From Candidatus Dormiibacterota bacterium (GTDB lineage Bacteria; Chloroflexota; Dormibacteria; Aeolococcales; Aeolococcaceae), in assembly GCA_963709585.1 (NCBI GenBank), contig CAVPXI010000015.1, positions 1-64,000 on the forward strand: DNA of 64,000 nt. The letters are read 5' to 3'. Below are positions 40,733-50,836 of this stretch, one piece after another. The position numbers and the translations under genes are program-made. The notes below the pieces were generated by a model. It worked only from the letters and a program-made list of their open reading frames with translations. It was not told where the DNA came from and searched no databases. Every line of letters begins with the position of its first letter. Position 1 is the first letter of the stretch.

Positions 40733-40932
40733 ACGCTTTCTGGTCTCAGTTACCGCATCTGCTTGGGTGATTGTGCGGTGGTGTCGCACTTTTCTCATGC
40801 GGCCGATGTGGCCAAAACCAGGCTCGAAAGGTAGCACGGGCTAGGGAGTTGTCTCCGAGAGAGAGGATCGTTCGACGCATTTGGCGCGGCTGTAACCGTG
40901 GATGACATGTTCCCGTTGACCGGGTAGCCGCC

Positions 40933-41874
40933 ATGAAACTCACAGCCATCGTCAGCTCTGCGATCGCCGCCGTTGGCCTCGCAGCTTGTGGATCGACCGC
41001 AGTTACGCCGCCTTCTGCGCGACCAACGCTCTCGTTAGCAGCCGCTCCGACAGTAGCGTCGACACCCACCGGGTCGCCCAGCCCGACCGCAAGCCCGAGC
41101 GAGTCGCCCAGCCCGTGCGTTGTGACTACTGAAGGCCCGCCTGGGACTGGTAGTTGCGAGACGCCGCCTGTGGTCACCGTGACCGCTTGCGACAGCGGCT
41201 ACGGCTTTGCAGCGGGCGGTGGCGAAATCTCGTGGAGTGGCGCTGATGCCGCTGACGAGTTCACTATCTTCCAGGCTGTCAACGGCAACATCACCATATA
41301 CCCCGGAGCAGCAGACCCCAGCAACCCCACACCTGCATCTGGCTCGTATGGACCGCTACCGGCTGGCTACTACACGTACCAGTTCTCAGACAACACGAAC
41401 GAGTTCGGTGGGCCATTCAGCGGCTCGTTTACGATCCTCAACTGCCCGGTGGTGCCAACACCAACACCAACACCGAGCGCAAGCCCGAGCGCGTCGCCCA
41501 GCCCGACCGCCTGCGTTCCCAACCCCGAGCGGGGCTACACCGGTAGCTGCGAAACGCCGCCTGTGGTCACTGTGACTGCGTGTGACAGTGGTGGCTACGG
41601 CTCAGCGAGTGGCGGCGCAATCTCATGGAGTGGCGCAGACGCCGCTGATGAGTTCACGCTCTTTCTACCCGATGGCGGTGGCAGCATCCAGTTGTATCCC
41701 GGCATCGTAGACCCCGGCAACCCCACTCCTGCATCCGGCTCGTACGGCCCATTGACGGCAGGCGCGTACACCTACCAGTTCGTAGACAACACGGACGAGA
41801 TCTTCAACGGCTCGTTCACGATACTCACGTGCGACGTGCCCTACGCCTCCACCGACACCTTCCCTCACGCGTAA
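40933..41874 (+). CDS. Lipoprotein with an internal tandem duplication of a ~120-aa Cys-containing domain
   Basis: Lipobox LAAC; GSCETPPVVTVTACDSG...SWSGADAADEFT...GSFTIL.C occurs twice. Confidence 0.82.
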   Translation: MKLTAIVSSAIAAVGLAACGSTAVTPPSARPTLSLAAAPTVASTPTGSPSPTASPSESPSPCVVTTEGPPGTGSCETPPVVTVTACDSGYGFAAGGGEISWSGADAADEFTIFQAVNGNITIYPGAADPSNPTPASGSYGPLPAGYYTYQFSDNTNEFGGPFSGSFTILNCPVVPTPTPTPSASPSASPSPTACVPNPERGYTGSCETPPVVTVTACDSGGYGSASGGAISWSGADAADEFTLFLPDGGGSIQLYPGIVDPGNPTPASGSYGPLTAGAYTYQFVDNTDEIFNGSFTILTCDVPYASTDTFPHA

Positions 41875-42016
41875 GCGCTCACCCCGACGCCAACTCTTAC
41901 AGTGCGTCGCCTGCTTCACCTCTGATCGTAAGTCGAGTAGATCGGGAGCATCAAGGCGTACTGGGTGTTGGTGAGCGCGACGGCAGCAGTATCGACGTCA
42001 GGTCTACGCTGCGTGC

Positions 42017-42400
42017 ATGAGTACCGCTGCCAGCCAGGGGCAAAGAGGGCTCGATCTCTTTCTTCGGCCGACCGCGTTCTGGCTCTGGTGTCTCCCGGGC
42101 TGCGCCGCGATTGCCGCGGCTGTTCTTGAGGGAAATCACCGACTCTCGCTGACGGCGACCGGGATCATCTGGATGCTCGCGACCCTGTGGATCGGTGTCG
42201 GTTGCGCGTGGAACGCACTGCGCTGCGGCCGCATCCACTGCATCATCCACGGCACGATGTTGCCCCTACTTGCGCTCGTTGGCATTCTCCACGTCATGGG
42301 CGTCCTAGCCATCAGTTGGAACATCTACTGGGCGGCGTTTGGGGCCATCCTCATCGCGGGATTCATCCCCGAAATCCTGGGAAAACGGCACTACATCTAG
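42017..42400 (+). CDS. 4-TM membrane protein with CxxNxxxCGRxHC motif
   Basis: Hydrophobic helices; GCAWNALRCGRIHC. Confidence 0.75.
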   Translation: MSTAASQGQRGLDLFLRPTAFWLWCLPGCAAIAAAVLEGNHRLSLTATGIIWMLATLWIGVGCAWNALRCGRIHCIIHGTMLPLLALVGILHVMGVLAISWNIYWAAFGAILIAGFIPEILGKRHYI

Positions 42401-42904
42401 GACTGTGGCGCCGCAGGCGTCTTCGGTAGCGACAATCCGCGGTGGCAGGCCCATGCGCCGCCGATCACCTCGCCCTCGGTGGTGAGCAGTGCCGCAATCC
42501 GGCCGCGCCCGTCCGTGTAGTGCTCCGGATAGGTCGTCCCGTCCTCAGCGCGACACGGCCACAGGCTCCAGTCGCCCTCCCGCGGGGCATGGATCGACGG
42601 CGCCACCTTCACCCACTCGGCGGCGGATGCGCCCTGGTCCGGGAGGTGGTCATCGAAGCCGAGCGCGGGCGATGAAGAGCCGTTCCCAGGCGCCGGCCTC
42701 GATGGCCTCGAGCCGGGCGTCCTCATCAGCGGTGAGGTCGTGCCTGTGCTGGCCCGTAGAACGCGTGGTGAGCGCGTCGTCCACTGCCCGCGCAGCCTCG
42801 AGATAGCGTTTGCAGGCGGCGACGGCCAGATGCAGCTGCGATCGCGCTCGGCCGTCGGGCGGCCATTCGGTACGTCGCTGGTAGGCTCGGCCGGATGGGG
42901 AACG

Positions 42905-43258
42905 GTGACTGAGCGAGCGATCCCTCCAACGACGCGCGAGCGCGCGGCGTTCGATGCCGCAACCACCGGGGGACCTCGGGATTTCGTTCGGGTGTGCCAG
43001 GAGCTCGGCAGGGAGCCGGAGCAGATGCTCGACGAATTCGAGGCAGCGCCGTGGCGCTGGTTGACGTATTTCTCGCCGGGAGACCCGGTCACTGACGAAG
43101 TGCGGCATCGGCCAATCCAACCTGCGATGCAGGCACGCCTCGACGCCGTTCGCGAGTACATCGAGGCCCCCTGGTGGCGCCGCGTCTTCGGCCACCGCGA
43201 GGCATTCCAGGAGGTGACGGGACGGTCCTATACGAGGACACGTCTGCCAGGCCGGTGA
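42905..43258 (+). CDS. Hypothetical protein
   Basis: GC3-rich ORF ahead of marP; start uncertain. Confidence 0.4.
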   Translation: MTERAIPPTTRERAAFDAATTGGPRDFVRVCQELGREPEQMLDEFEAAPWRWLTYFSPGDPVTDEVRHRPIQPAMQARLDAVREYIEAPWWRRVFGHREAFQEVTGRSYTRTRLPGR

Positions 43259-43338
43259 GCCGCCCTCGAGAGCGGAATTCGCTCCCGGCTAACTCGGTCG
43301 CGACCCGGCGACGGCCGCCCATCGCAAACTCTTCGCCC

Positions 43339-44517
43339 GTGGACCTCCTCGACGTCGTCATCGCCGTCTTCCTGATCGTTTTCGCGGTGTCCGGCCTGCG
43401 TCGCGGACTGAGCGGCGTCGCCCTGGCACTCGCGGGGCTCCTCGCCGGCCTCTTCCTCGGGGCCGTGATCGCCCCGCCGATCGCGAGAGCGATCACCGCG
43501 GACCGGTCCACACAGCCGCTCTTCGCGATCGGCATCTTCATCGGCGTCACGTTGCTCATCGAGGGGATCGGCGCCGGAATCGGCTTTCGCGTCCGCCAGC
43601 GGACCGAGCACACCGCTCTGCTGGGCAAGGCCAACTCCGCGGCGGGCGCCGTGCTCGGCGTGGTGTCCGCGCTCGCGGCCGCCTGGTATCTCGGGCTCAT
43701 CTTCTCGCCGAGCTCCTGGGTCAGCCTGGACAAGCAGATCAGCAACTCGGCCATCGAGCGATCGCTCGACCGCTTCATGCCGCGGCCCCCAGGGTTCCTC
43801 GCGACCATCGGCAACCTGTTCGTGCCTGGCGACTTCCCGAACCCCTTCTCCACGATCCTGAACACATCGCCCGCGCCGGTAGCGATCCCGCGACTGGTCG
43901 ACACGACAGGCATCCGCCAGGCGGTCGGCGCGACGTCGAAGGTCATCGCCTCGGGGTGTGGTGGCGGGGCCGAGGCCGGGTCATCCTGGCCGCTCGGCGC
44001 CGGGTACTTCGCGACCAACGCCCATGTCGTCGCCGGCTCGAACGGCGTGGTGATCGACACGCCGAACAACGGCCAGCACACCGCCCGGGTCGTGCTCTTC
44101 GACCCGAACACCGACCTCGCTGTCCTCTACTCCCCGGGACTGGCGCTCCGCCCGCTCGTGCTCGTCGACAGCGACCCGGTGCGTGGCACGGGCGGCGCGG
44201 TCATCGGCTACCCGGGCGGCGGTTCAGAGCAGGTCGTCCCCGCCGCTGTCAGCGGCACCGAATCGGCACGCGGCTACAACATCTACGGCGACACGCTCGT
44301 GACCCGCGACATCGAAGTGCTGGCCGCGCAGGTCATCCCGGGCAACTCGGGCGGCCCGATCGTCAACGACAGCGGTCAGGTCATCGGCGTGGTGTTCGCG
44401 GCGAGCACCACCGAGCCGAACGTCGGCTACGCCCTGACGATTCCCCAGGTCTTCCCGGACCTTCAGGCCGGAGAGCACCGGACGGCGGCAGTCTCCACCG
44501 AGGCGTGCGCCGGCTGA
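43339..44517 (+). CDS. marP: MarP-family serine protease (CvpA TM domain + trypsin)
   Basis: LDVVI...SGLRRG, TNAHVV, DLAVL, PGNSGGP. Confidence 0.9.
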   Translation: MDLLDVVIAVFLIVFAVSGLRRGLSGVALALAGLLAGLFLGAVIAPPIARAITADRSTQPLFAIGIFIGVTLLIEGIGAGIGFRVRQRTEHTALLGKANSAAGAVLGVVSALAAAWYLGLIFSPSSWVSLDKQISNSAIERSLDRFMPRPPGFLATIGNLFVPGDFPNPFSTILNTSPAPVAIPRLVDTTGIRQAVGATSKVIASGCGGGAEAGSSWPLGAGYFATNAHVVAGSNGVVIDTPNNGQHTARVVLFDPNTDLAVLYSPGLALRPLVLVDSDPVRGTGGAVIGYPGGGSEQVVPAAVSGTESARGYNIYGDTLVTRDIEVLAAQVIPGNSGGPIVNDSGQVIGVVFAASTTEPNVGYALTIPQVFPDLQAGEHRTAAVSTEACAG

Positions 44518-44539
44518 GCGAACCCCGCTCAGCCGGCGC
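44507..44539. terminator. Hairpin between convergent genes
   Basis: 14-bp perfect stem GCGCCGGCTGAGCG / CGCTCAGCCGGCGC. Confidence 0.7.
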
Positions 44540-44558
44540 CCTGCGGCCTATCCCGGGA

Positions 44559-45557
44559 TCAGCTCGAGAGGAACCCGTTCTGCACGAGCCAGGCGTGCGC
44601 GACGGCGGTCACGGTCTGGCCCTGAACCTCGACCATGGCGTTGAGTGAGAGCATCACCGGGGTGGTCCACTTGGCCGCCACCGGGGCCATCCAGGCACCG
44701 ATCGACGGGTGCTGCTGGAGCACGCTCGAGCGGACCACGAGCCCCGCGTTGTCGGGCGGGAACAGGTTCTTGTCGTCGGTCAGCGTCACCTCGTTGTTCA
44801 CCTGGATTGCAAAGTCGGTGGTGAACACCTCGCCCGCATCGCACTGGCCTTTCGCGATTGCCTTCTCAGCAGTGGTGCCGATCTGGGTGTAATGGAAGCT
44901 GGCGGGCGAGGGCCAGCCATACGTGCTCACGAGCCCCGGCAGACCATCAGGGCGGGTGAGGAATTCGGAGAGGACGCAGACCTTGGTGCTCGCATGCGAG
45001 GTCAGGTACGAGCCGAACGCCGCGAGCGAGGTCCCGAAGGTGGACGTCTGACTCGACTTGATTGCGATGCCGTTTGTGTCGTCGAACTGTGTCGGCGCGA
45101 CCCAGCACAGCTGCTTCGCCTCGTCGAGCGCTTTCACCTTGGCGAAGGCCCCGGGGAGGTCCGTCGGGAACTGTCCTGCGGTCAGGTTGAGGTAACCCGG
45201 GTCCGTCAACTCCGTACCCGTGTACTGCCAGTACATATCGATGATTCCGCTGGACAGCGCCTTTCCGAGCGCCGGATCGGCTGCGCTGAATGTGTTCGTG
45301 ATGGTGAAGCCATGTGCACCGAGCACGTCGGCAGTCATCTGGGCCATCAACTGCTCTTCCGCAAATGACTTGCTGCCAATCGATAGCGTGGCACCACCGC
45401 CACTCGCCTGAGAACCCGTCGGGCACGTCGACGCCGCCGCAGTGCCGGACGGCGGGTTGCTACCGGAGTTGCCTCCCCCGCACGCAGCAAGGGTCCCGGG
45501 TATCGCGATTGCGATGACCGCGAGTAGCTTGCGCTTCATGGATGTGTTCCTCCACAT
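44559..45557 (-). CDS. Glycine betaine/osmoprotectant ABC substrate-binding lipoprotein
   Basis: Lipobox LAAC; IGSKSFAEE, YTGT, RPDG, FTTD, DDKNLFP. Confidence 0.9.
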   Translation of the reverse strand: MWRNTSMKRKLLAVIAIAIPGTLAACGGGNSGSNPPSGTAAASTCPTGSQASGGGATLSIGSKSFAEEQLMAQMTADVLGAHGFTITNTFSAADPALGKALSSGIIDMYWQYTGTELTDPGYLNLTAGQFPTDLPGAFAKVKALDEAKQLCWVAPTQFDDTNGIAIKSSQTSTFGTSLAAFGSYLTSHASTKVCVLSEFLTRPDGLPGLVSTYGWPSPASFHYTQIGTTAEKAIAKGQCDAGEVFTTDFAIQVNNEVTLTDDKNLFPPDNAGLVVRSSVLQQHPSIGAWMAPVAAKWTTPVMLSLNAMVEVQGQTVTAVAHAWLVQNGFLSS

Positions 45558-45577
45558 GTTCCAACTGCTGACATGTC

Positions 45578-46318
45578 TTAACCGTTGACCTGTTTTGGGA
45601 CGGCGATGCGCTCAATCATTGAGAGCCCCCAGTCGGCGAGCAAGGCGAGTGAAGCCACCATCACGGCACCGACGAAAACCACCTGATCACTGTTGTTGAT
45701 ACCAGCGGCGATCACGTCCCCGAGGCCGCCTCCACCGATGAAGTTTCCGAGTGTAGCGGTTCCAATGATCAGGACGAGTGCAGTGCGCAGCCCCGCAAAG
45801 ACCAGTGGTGAGGCAAGCGGCAACTGCACTCGCACCAAAGCCTGCCAACGCGTCATTCCCATTCCGCGTGCGGCGTCGACCGTGGCAGGGTCGACACTTT
45901 GAATGCCGGCAACCGTGTTGCGCAGGACAGGGAGCAACCCGTACACCACCAGCGCGATGACGGTGGGGGTGACCCCGAGGCCGAGAAAGGCGAACAGCAG
46001 CACCAGGAGTCCGATCCCGGGGATAGCCTGCCCGAGATTCGCTAGCACGAACACCGGCACTCGGACAGCCCTCCCCGCCTGGGCGATCAGCGCCCCGATG
46101 GGCACGCCGATCGCGGCGACCAGCGCGAAGGAGACGCCCGACACGAAGACATGCTGGATGGTCTCGCTCATCAGGTTGGGCGCGTTGAGCACTTCGGAGT
46201 CGAACCGCCTGCCGACCAGCGTCTGATAGACACCGACCGAGACGAGGATGCCGATCGCGACCCAGATCGGAACGGCGAACGGGCGCAGGCGGTGCATCCA
46301 GCGCGGCAGGGTTGGCAT
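45578..46318 (-). CDS. Osmoprotectant ABC permease
   Basis: QAIP, DAARGMGM EAA loop, GGGGLG. Confidence 0.9.
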   Translation of the reverse strand: MPTLPRWMHRLRPFAVPIWVAIGILVSVGVYQTLVGRRFDSEVLNAPNLMSETIQHVFVSGVSFALVAAIGVPIGALIAQAGRAVRVPVFVLANLGQAIPGIGLLVLLFAFLGLGVTPTVIALVVYGLLPVLRNTVAGIQSVDPATVDAARGMGMTRWQALVRVQLPLASPLVFAGLRTALVLIIGTATLGNFIGGGGLGDVIAAGINNSDQVVFVGAVMVASLALLADWGLSMIERIAVPKQVNG

Positions 46319-47263
46319 CTATCGCGACCTCATCGACGCCGCACGAATGACGTCGGCGTCCACGATGCCGAGGGTCTGGTCGCCATGGATCACGCGGACC
46401 CGCCCGTCGGACGAGCGAAGCACCGCGTCGAGCGCGTCGCGAAGGGTTCCGCCGGCGTCGACTGTGGCCTCCGGCGCAGCGCCGTTCACCGGCGTCAGTT
46501 CCACCTCGCTGATGTGGATCAGTGCAAGGCGGCGCACAAGGGGCCCCTCGCCGAGAAATCCGGTGACGAACGCGGACTGCGGGTGGGCCAGCAGGTCCTC
46601 CGGGGTCGCGAACTGCTCGAGAACACCGCCCTTGGAGAGGAGCGCCACGCGGTCGCCGAGCTTGACCGCCTCGTCGATGTCATGGGTCACGAAAACGATG
46701 GTCTTGCGCACCACGCTCTGGAGCCGCAGCAACTCGTTCTGGAGGCGCTCCCGGGCGATCGGGTCGATGGCCCCGAAGGGCTCGTCCATCAGCAGGATGT
46801 TCGGGTCCGCCCCGAGCGCCCGGGCGACGCCGACCCGCTGACGCTCGCCACCACTCAGCTCGGAGGGCAGGCGTCGTCGGTAGTCGGCAGCCGGAAGCCC
46901 GATGAGGTCGAGCAACTCCTCCACCCGCGCCTGGGTCCGCTGCTTCGACCACCCCAGCAGGCGTGGCACTGTCGCGATGTTGTCGGCGACCGTCTGGTGC
47001 GGAAACAGCCCCACCTGCTGGATGACATAGCCGATCGAGCGGCGGAGGTCGTTGACGTCGTATGTCCGGGTGTCGCGGTCGTCGATGCTGATCGTCCCTT
47101 CGGTCGGCTCGATCAACCGGTTGATCATCTTCAGCGACGTGGTCTTCCCACACCCGGAGGGGCCGACCAGGATGACCGTCTCGCCTGACTTGATCTCGAG
47201 CGAGAGGTGGTCGACCGCCAGCGAGGTCCCGTAGCGCTTGACGACGCGATCGAATCTGATCAC
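46319..47263 (-). CDS. Osmoprotectant ABC ATPase (OpuCA/ProV-like)
   Basis: GPSGCGKTT, LSGGERQR, MDEPFGA, VTHD. Confidence 0.92.
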   Translation of the reverse strand: MIRFDRVVKRYGTSLAVDHLSLEIKSGETVILVGPSGCGKTTSLKMINRLIEPTEGTISIDDRDTRTYDVNDLRRSIGYVIQQVGLFPHQTVADNIATVPRLLGWSKQRTQARVEELLDLIGLPAADYRRRLPSELSGGERQRVGVARALGADPNILLMDEPFGAIDPIARERLQNELLRLQSVVRKTIVFVTHDIDEAVKLGDRVALLSKGGVLEQFATPEDLLAHPQSAFVTGFLGEGPLVRRLALIHISEVELTPVNGAAPEATVDAGGTLRDALDAVLRSSDGRVRVIHGDQTLGIVDADVIRAASMRSR

Positions 47264-47910
47264 GTCGCCGCCACCGAGACGCGCCCGCGAGACAGTGCCC
47301 GCTGGACGCCAGCCAGGATGAAGTCGGCGAGGATGCCGATGGCCGCCACCGGGATGATCCCGGCGAGCACTGCGTCGAGCGTTCCGGTGGAGCGTCCGAT
47401 CGCCGAGAGGATCGTCTGGCCGAGGTCGTCGACCCCGACCGTCGCGCCGACGGTGGCAATCGCGACGATCATCACCGTCGACTGCCGGATGCCCCCAAGC
47501 ACGACCGGCACCGCAAGCGGGAGCTCAACCTTCAGGAGCACCTGGCGTGGGTTCATCCCCATGCCGCGCGCCGACTCCACCACTGCGGGGTCCACCGCCT
47601 TGATACCGGCGCGCGTGTTCCGGGTCACGGGCAGCAGGCCGTAGAGGATGAGCCCGACGATGACCGGCGGATTGGCCAGACCGAACCAGATCGAGAGCAG
47701 ACCGAAGAGGGCGAAGCTCGGCACCGTCAGGATCGTGCTGGTAACCGCCAAGATCACTGTGGACAGGTTCTCGGAGCGCGCAGCGGCTATGCCCAGCCCG
47801 AGCCCGATCGCGCTCGTGATGGCGATGCACTCGCCGACGATCTCGAGGTGGGTGACGATCTGGGGCTCGACCGAGCTCCAGTTTTCAGAGATGTATTGAA
47901 AAACGCTCAC
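47260..47910 (-). CDS. Osmoprotectant ABC permease
   Basis: TVPS, ESARGMGM, VELPLA. Confidence 0.9.
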   Translation of the reverse strand: MSVFQYISENWSSVEPQIVTHLEIVGECIAITSAIGLGLGIAAARSENLSTVILAVTSTILTVPSFALFGLLSIWFGLANPPVIVGLILYGLLPVTRNTRAGIKAVDPAVVESARGMGMNPRQVLLKVELPLAVPVVLGGIRQSTVMIVAIATVGATVGVDDLGQTILSAIGRSTGTLDAVLAGIIPVAAIGILADFILAGVQRALSRGRVSVAAT

Positions 47911-47922
47911 ATTTGTGAGGCG

Positions 47923-48444
47923 TCAGTATCCATAACCTCCAGGGGTCGGTGTGGGGGTCGATCCCGAGCCGGTCGTCCCACCCGTGGACGTGGAGGTCGT
48001 GCCCGGCATCGCGGCGAACCACATGCCCGAGATCCCGTTGCCGTTCGTCTGGCCGGCGGCCGTGTCACTGGCAAATGTGTGCAGCGGCCAGCCGTTGTAG
48101 GTGACCTCGGTGGCTGCAGCCCCGTTCACCATGACCGAGACTGTGGCGAGCGTCCCGGTGGCGCCCGATGCCGCGGTAGGCGTTCCCGTTACCACCAGCG
48201 GCGGCCAGGTGGTCAGGCATCCGCCGGTGCAGGCGCCGATCGTCGAGTTCTTCTCGGGCAGGAAGTAGTACAGGGTGAAGCCCCTGGAGTTGGTCAGCAC
48301 CGTGCCGAGCGATGTGGTCGCGGTGGCGATGGTCGAGCCCGACGAGGCGGCGCCGCCGGTGCCGTTCGAAGACGTGGTGGTGCCGGCCGCCCCGCAGGCG
48401 GCGAGCACCCCTGCGCCGGCCAGGGTCAGGACGATTCTCTGCAT
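47923..48444 (-). CDS. Lipoprotein with Lipoprotein_15 repeats
   Basis: Lipobox LAAC; TLYYF, C...C..WPP, VTYNGWPLHTF. Confidence 0.85.
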   Translation of the reverse strand: MQRIVLTLAGAGVLAACGAAGTTTSSNGTGGAASSGSTIATATTSLGTVLTNSRGFTLYYFLPEKNSTIGACTGGCLTTWPPLVVTGTPTAASGATGTLATVSVMVNGAAATEVTYNGWPLHTFASDTAAGQTNGNGISGMWFAAMPGTTSTSTGGTTGSGSTPTPTPGGYGY

Positions 48445-48523
48445 GGTGATCCTCCGCTGTGGTCGATGCAATGAGTACGCCACGGTGTTACGTGGCTCGA
48501 GCTCGGCCGCGTATTCTCGACGC

Positions 48524-48727
48524 ATGTGCCGAAGCATCAAGACCCTCCGTGGTGCGGAACCCCCGGCGGATGACGACGACGCTCACGCGGCTGCGCTCCA
48601 GTTCGTGCGCAAGATCAGCGGCTACCGAGCGCCGTCCAGGGCGAACCAGCAGGCCTTCGACGCGGCCGTGCACGAGGTGACCGCCGCGACCACACGGCTG
48701 CTCGAAGGTCTGCAGAAGCCCGCCTGA
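48524..48727 (+). CDS. DUF2277 family protein
   Basis: MCRSIKTL...AAALQFVRKISG...PSRAN. Confidence 0.88.
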   Translation: MCRSIKTLRGAEPPADDDDAHAAALQFVRKISGYRAPSRANQQAFDAAVHEVTAATTRLLEGLQKPA

Positions 48728-48780
48728 AGCGGCGATCATCGAACAGCGGATAATTCGCCGATGCGATCAGGCCGGATGCA

Positions 48781-49176
48781 CTACTCCGAGTTGTCCGCTC
48801 GCATGGTGATGCTGCCGTTGACAGTCCCGCCATCGTCGACCCGAAGCCGTGAGGCACGAACATCACCGAGCACAATGCCGCTACCGGCAACCGTGAGCCG
48901 TCCGTGCGCGACCACGTCGCCGGTCACATTGCCGCGGACGGTGACGTTGCGTCCATCGATGCGTGCGCGCACCGTGGCCGAAGCCTCGACATCGACGTCG
49001 CCCGACGCGTTGATCTCACCCTCGGCAGTCCCCTCGATGTGGAGATCGCCTTCGAGTGTGAGCGACCCGTTGAGGACATCGCGTGGCCCCAGGGTGACTC
49101 CCTTGGCACCCGACGCGCCGTTTCGGTGACCCCCGCGTGGAATGGATGCCTCCTCGACTTCAGTGATGTTCTCCAT
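48781..49176 (-). CDS. Bactofilin (polymer-forming cytoskeletal protein)
   Basis: G.L...GDL.IEG...GEI...beta-helix repeats; AAGGAG RBS. Confidence 0.88.
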   Translation of the reverse strand: MENITEVEEASIPRGGHRNGASGAKGVTLGPRDVLNGSLTLEGDLHIEGTAEGEINASGDVDVEASATVRARIDGRNVTVRGNVTGDVVAHGRLTVAGSGIVLGDVRASRLRVDDGGTVNGSITMRADNSE

Positions 49177-49264
49177 GGATGTGTCCTCTCCTTCTCGTCC
49201 GCTGCTCGACACATATCCTACTGATATGGCGGCTCCTTCGCGGGCCGTACCGACGTACGATTCC

Positions 49265-50206
49265 GTGACGGCGGTCGGCACCCCGGACACGTTCCGGCAG
49301 CTGCAACTCGACTTCTACCGCGAAGCAGCGCATCGATACAACTCGTGGGCGGGTGGCGCAAACGTTCGTGCCGCCGAACGTCTTGCGGCGTTTGCCGACC
49401 TTGATCCTGACGAACGAGTGATCGACGTTGGTTGCGGAACCGGCCTGGTGAGCAGGTCACTCGGAATCGGCGGTTCGACCCTCGACCACATGGCCATCGA
49501 TCTCTCTCCCGACATGATCACTTACGCTCGCGAGCAGGCGAGCGGTGCGCGGGGCGTGCATTACTCGGTGATGGACGCGCACGACCTCGTCTTCAATGAC
49601 GACATGTTCGATGTGGCGATCCTCGGCCAGTCGCTCGCGTGCCTCGAGGATCCGTGGCGGGCATTTTCGGAGATTCGCCGCGTGCTGAAACCGAACGGGC
49701 GGATCGCGGTGTCGTGCCGGTGCAGGAGCCTGTCGACACCCGCGCAGGGAGTGTTCTTCGAGCGCCTCGAACGGCTTGCCATCCGGCGTGCGCGGACGCC
49801 GTCGCATCACGCGCTCTTCGGTGAACCATGGGTGCTCACGAACATGCTGGAGATTGCTGGGTTCGCCGATATTCGCGTCACCCAGTTGCTCGTCGGTGTG
49901 CACGCCGCCGACGTGCACGAATGGACCGAGATGATGCGCTGGTCAGGTCCTTGGCCGCACGCGATGATCGGGTTGTTGAGCCCCGGCGCTCGCACGACGT
50001 TCGAGGAGGAGCTCGACCGCACCATGCACCGCCTGGGCGAAGGTGACTACGCGTTTCACGGCGCATTCACCCTCGCTACCGGGCGGCTTCGCGACCAGTC
50101 CCCGGCTCAGCCCACTTCTGAGTCCGAACCTGAGGAGACGCCCGATGTCTCCGCGGTGCGCTCGTCGCTATACGCATCGAACTCCGAGCCTCCGTCCTCG
50201 CCGTAG
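49265..50206 (+). CDS. Class I SAM methyltransferase (UbiE-like)
   Basis: VIDVGCGTG, IDLSPDM, MDA, RVLKPNG. Confidence 0.85.
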   Translation: MTAVGTPDTFRQLQLDFYREAAHRYNSWAGGANVRAAERLAAFADLDPDERVIDVGCGTGLVSRSLGIGGSTLDHMAIDLSPDMITYAREQASGARGVHYSVMDAHDLVFNDDMFDVAILGQSLACLEDPWRAFSEIRRVLKPNGRIAVSCRCRSLSTPAQGVFFERLERLAIRRARTPSHHALFGEPWVLTNMLEIAGFADIRVTQLLVGVHAADVHEWTEMMRWSGPWPHAMIGLLSPGARTTFEEELDRTMHRLGEGDYAFHGAFTLATGRLRDQSPAQPTSESEPEETPDVSAVRSSLYASNSEPPSSP

Positions 50207-50709
50207 GCTCCGTGCTCGCCCTCGTTGACCGATGACCCGGTGACGTCAACCGAGACGTCGACATCGTGCACTTCGTTGCGCCGCGCCGGTGGCGCGTCCC
50301 CGGCCGGGGCCATCGTGATGGTGCCGTTCAGCGTCGCACCCTCATCCACCCGCAGTCGCGCGGCGCGGACCTCGCCGGCGAACGACGCGCTCTCGTCGAG
50401 TGTCACGAGTTCGCGCGCGACGATGTTGCCTTCGACAATGCCGCTGACAACGATATCCCGAGCCGAAATCTGCGCGCGTGCGGTACCGGTCGAGTGAACG
50501 TTGACCTCACCGGTTGCCGACACCTCGCCCTCGAGGGTGCCCTCGATGCGGACGTCTCCATCGACGGTCAGCGTGCCGACGAGTGAATCGCGCGGTCCGA
50601 GGACGACGATGCCGGGTGCCGCCGGGGTCGCCGGCGCTGCGGGGGTCGCCGCGCCACGGCGCGGGCGCGCTCGGCTCGATGTCGATCTTCCGGTGTCGCT
50701 CGCGTCCAT
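50107..50709 (-). CDS. Bactofilin, second paralogue
   Basis: LGPRDSLVGTLTVDGDVRIEG...RLRVDEGATLNGTITM. Confidence 0.88.
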   Translation of the reverse strand: MDASDTGRSTSSRARPRRGAATPAAPATPAAPGIVVLGPRDSLVGTLTVDGDVRIEGTLEGEVSATGEVNVHSTGTARAQISARDIVVSGIVEGNIVARELVTLDESASFAGEVRAARLRVDEGATLNGTITMAPAGDAPPARRNEVHDVDVSVDVTGSSVNEGEHGAYGEDGGSEFDAYSDERTAETSGVSSGSDSEVG

Positions 50710-50836
50710 GGCGGCTCCTTCGCTACGGCTCGGCGGACTGGGGAGGGGCGTAATCGTACGAGTTCGTCCCGGTCCCGAGTCAGGCGTCGAGGTTACGAAT
50801 TGCGAAACGTCACTGAGGATGTCTGCCAGCGAGGCG

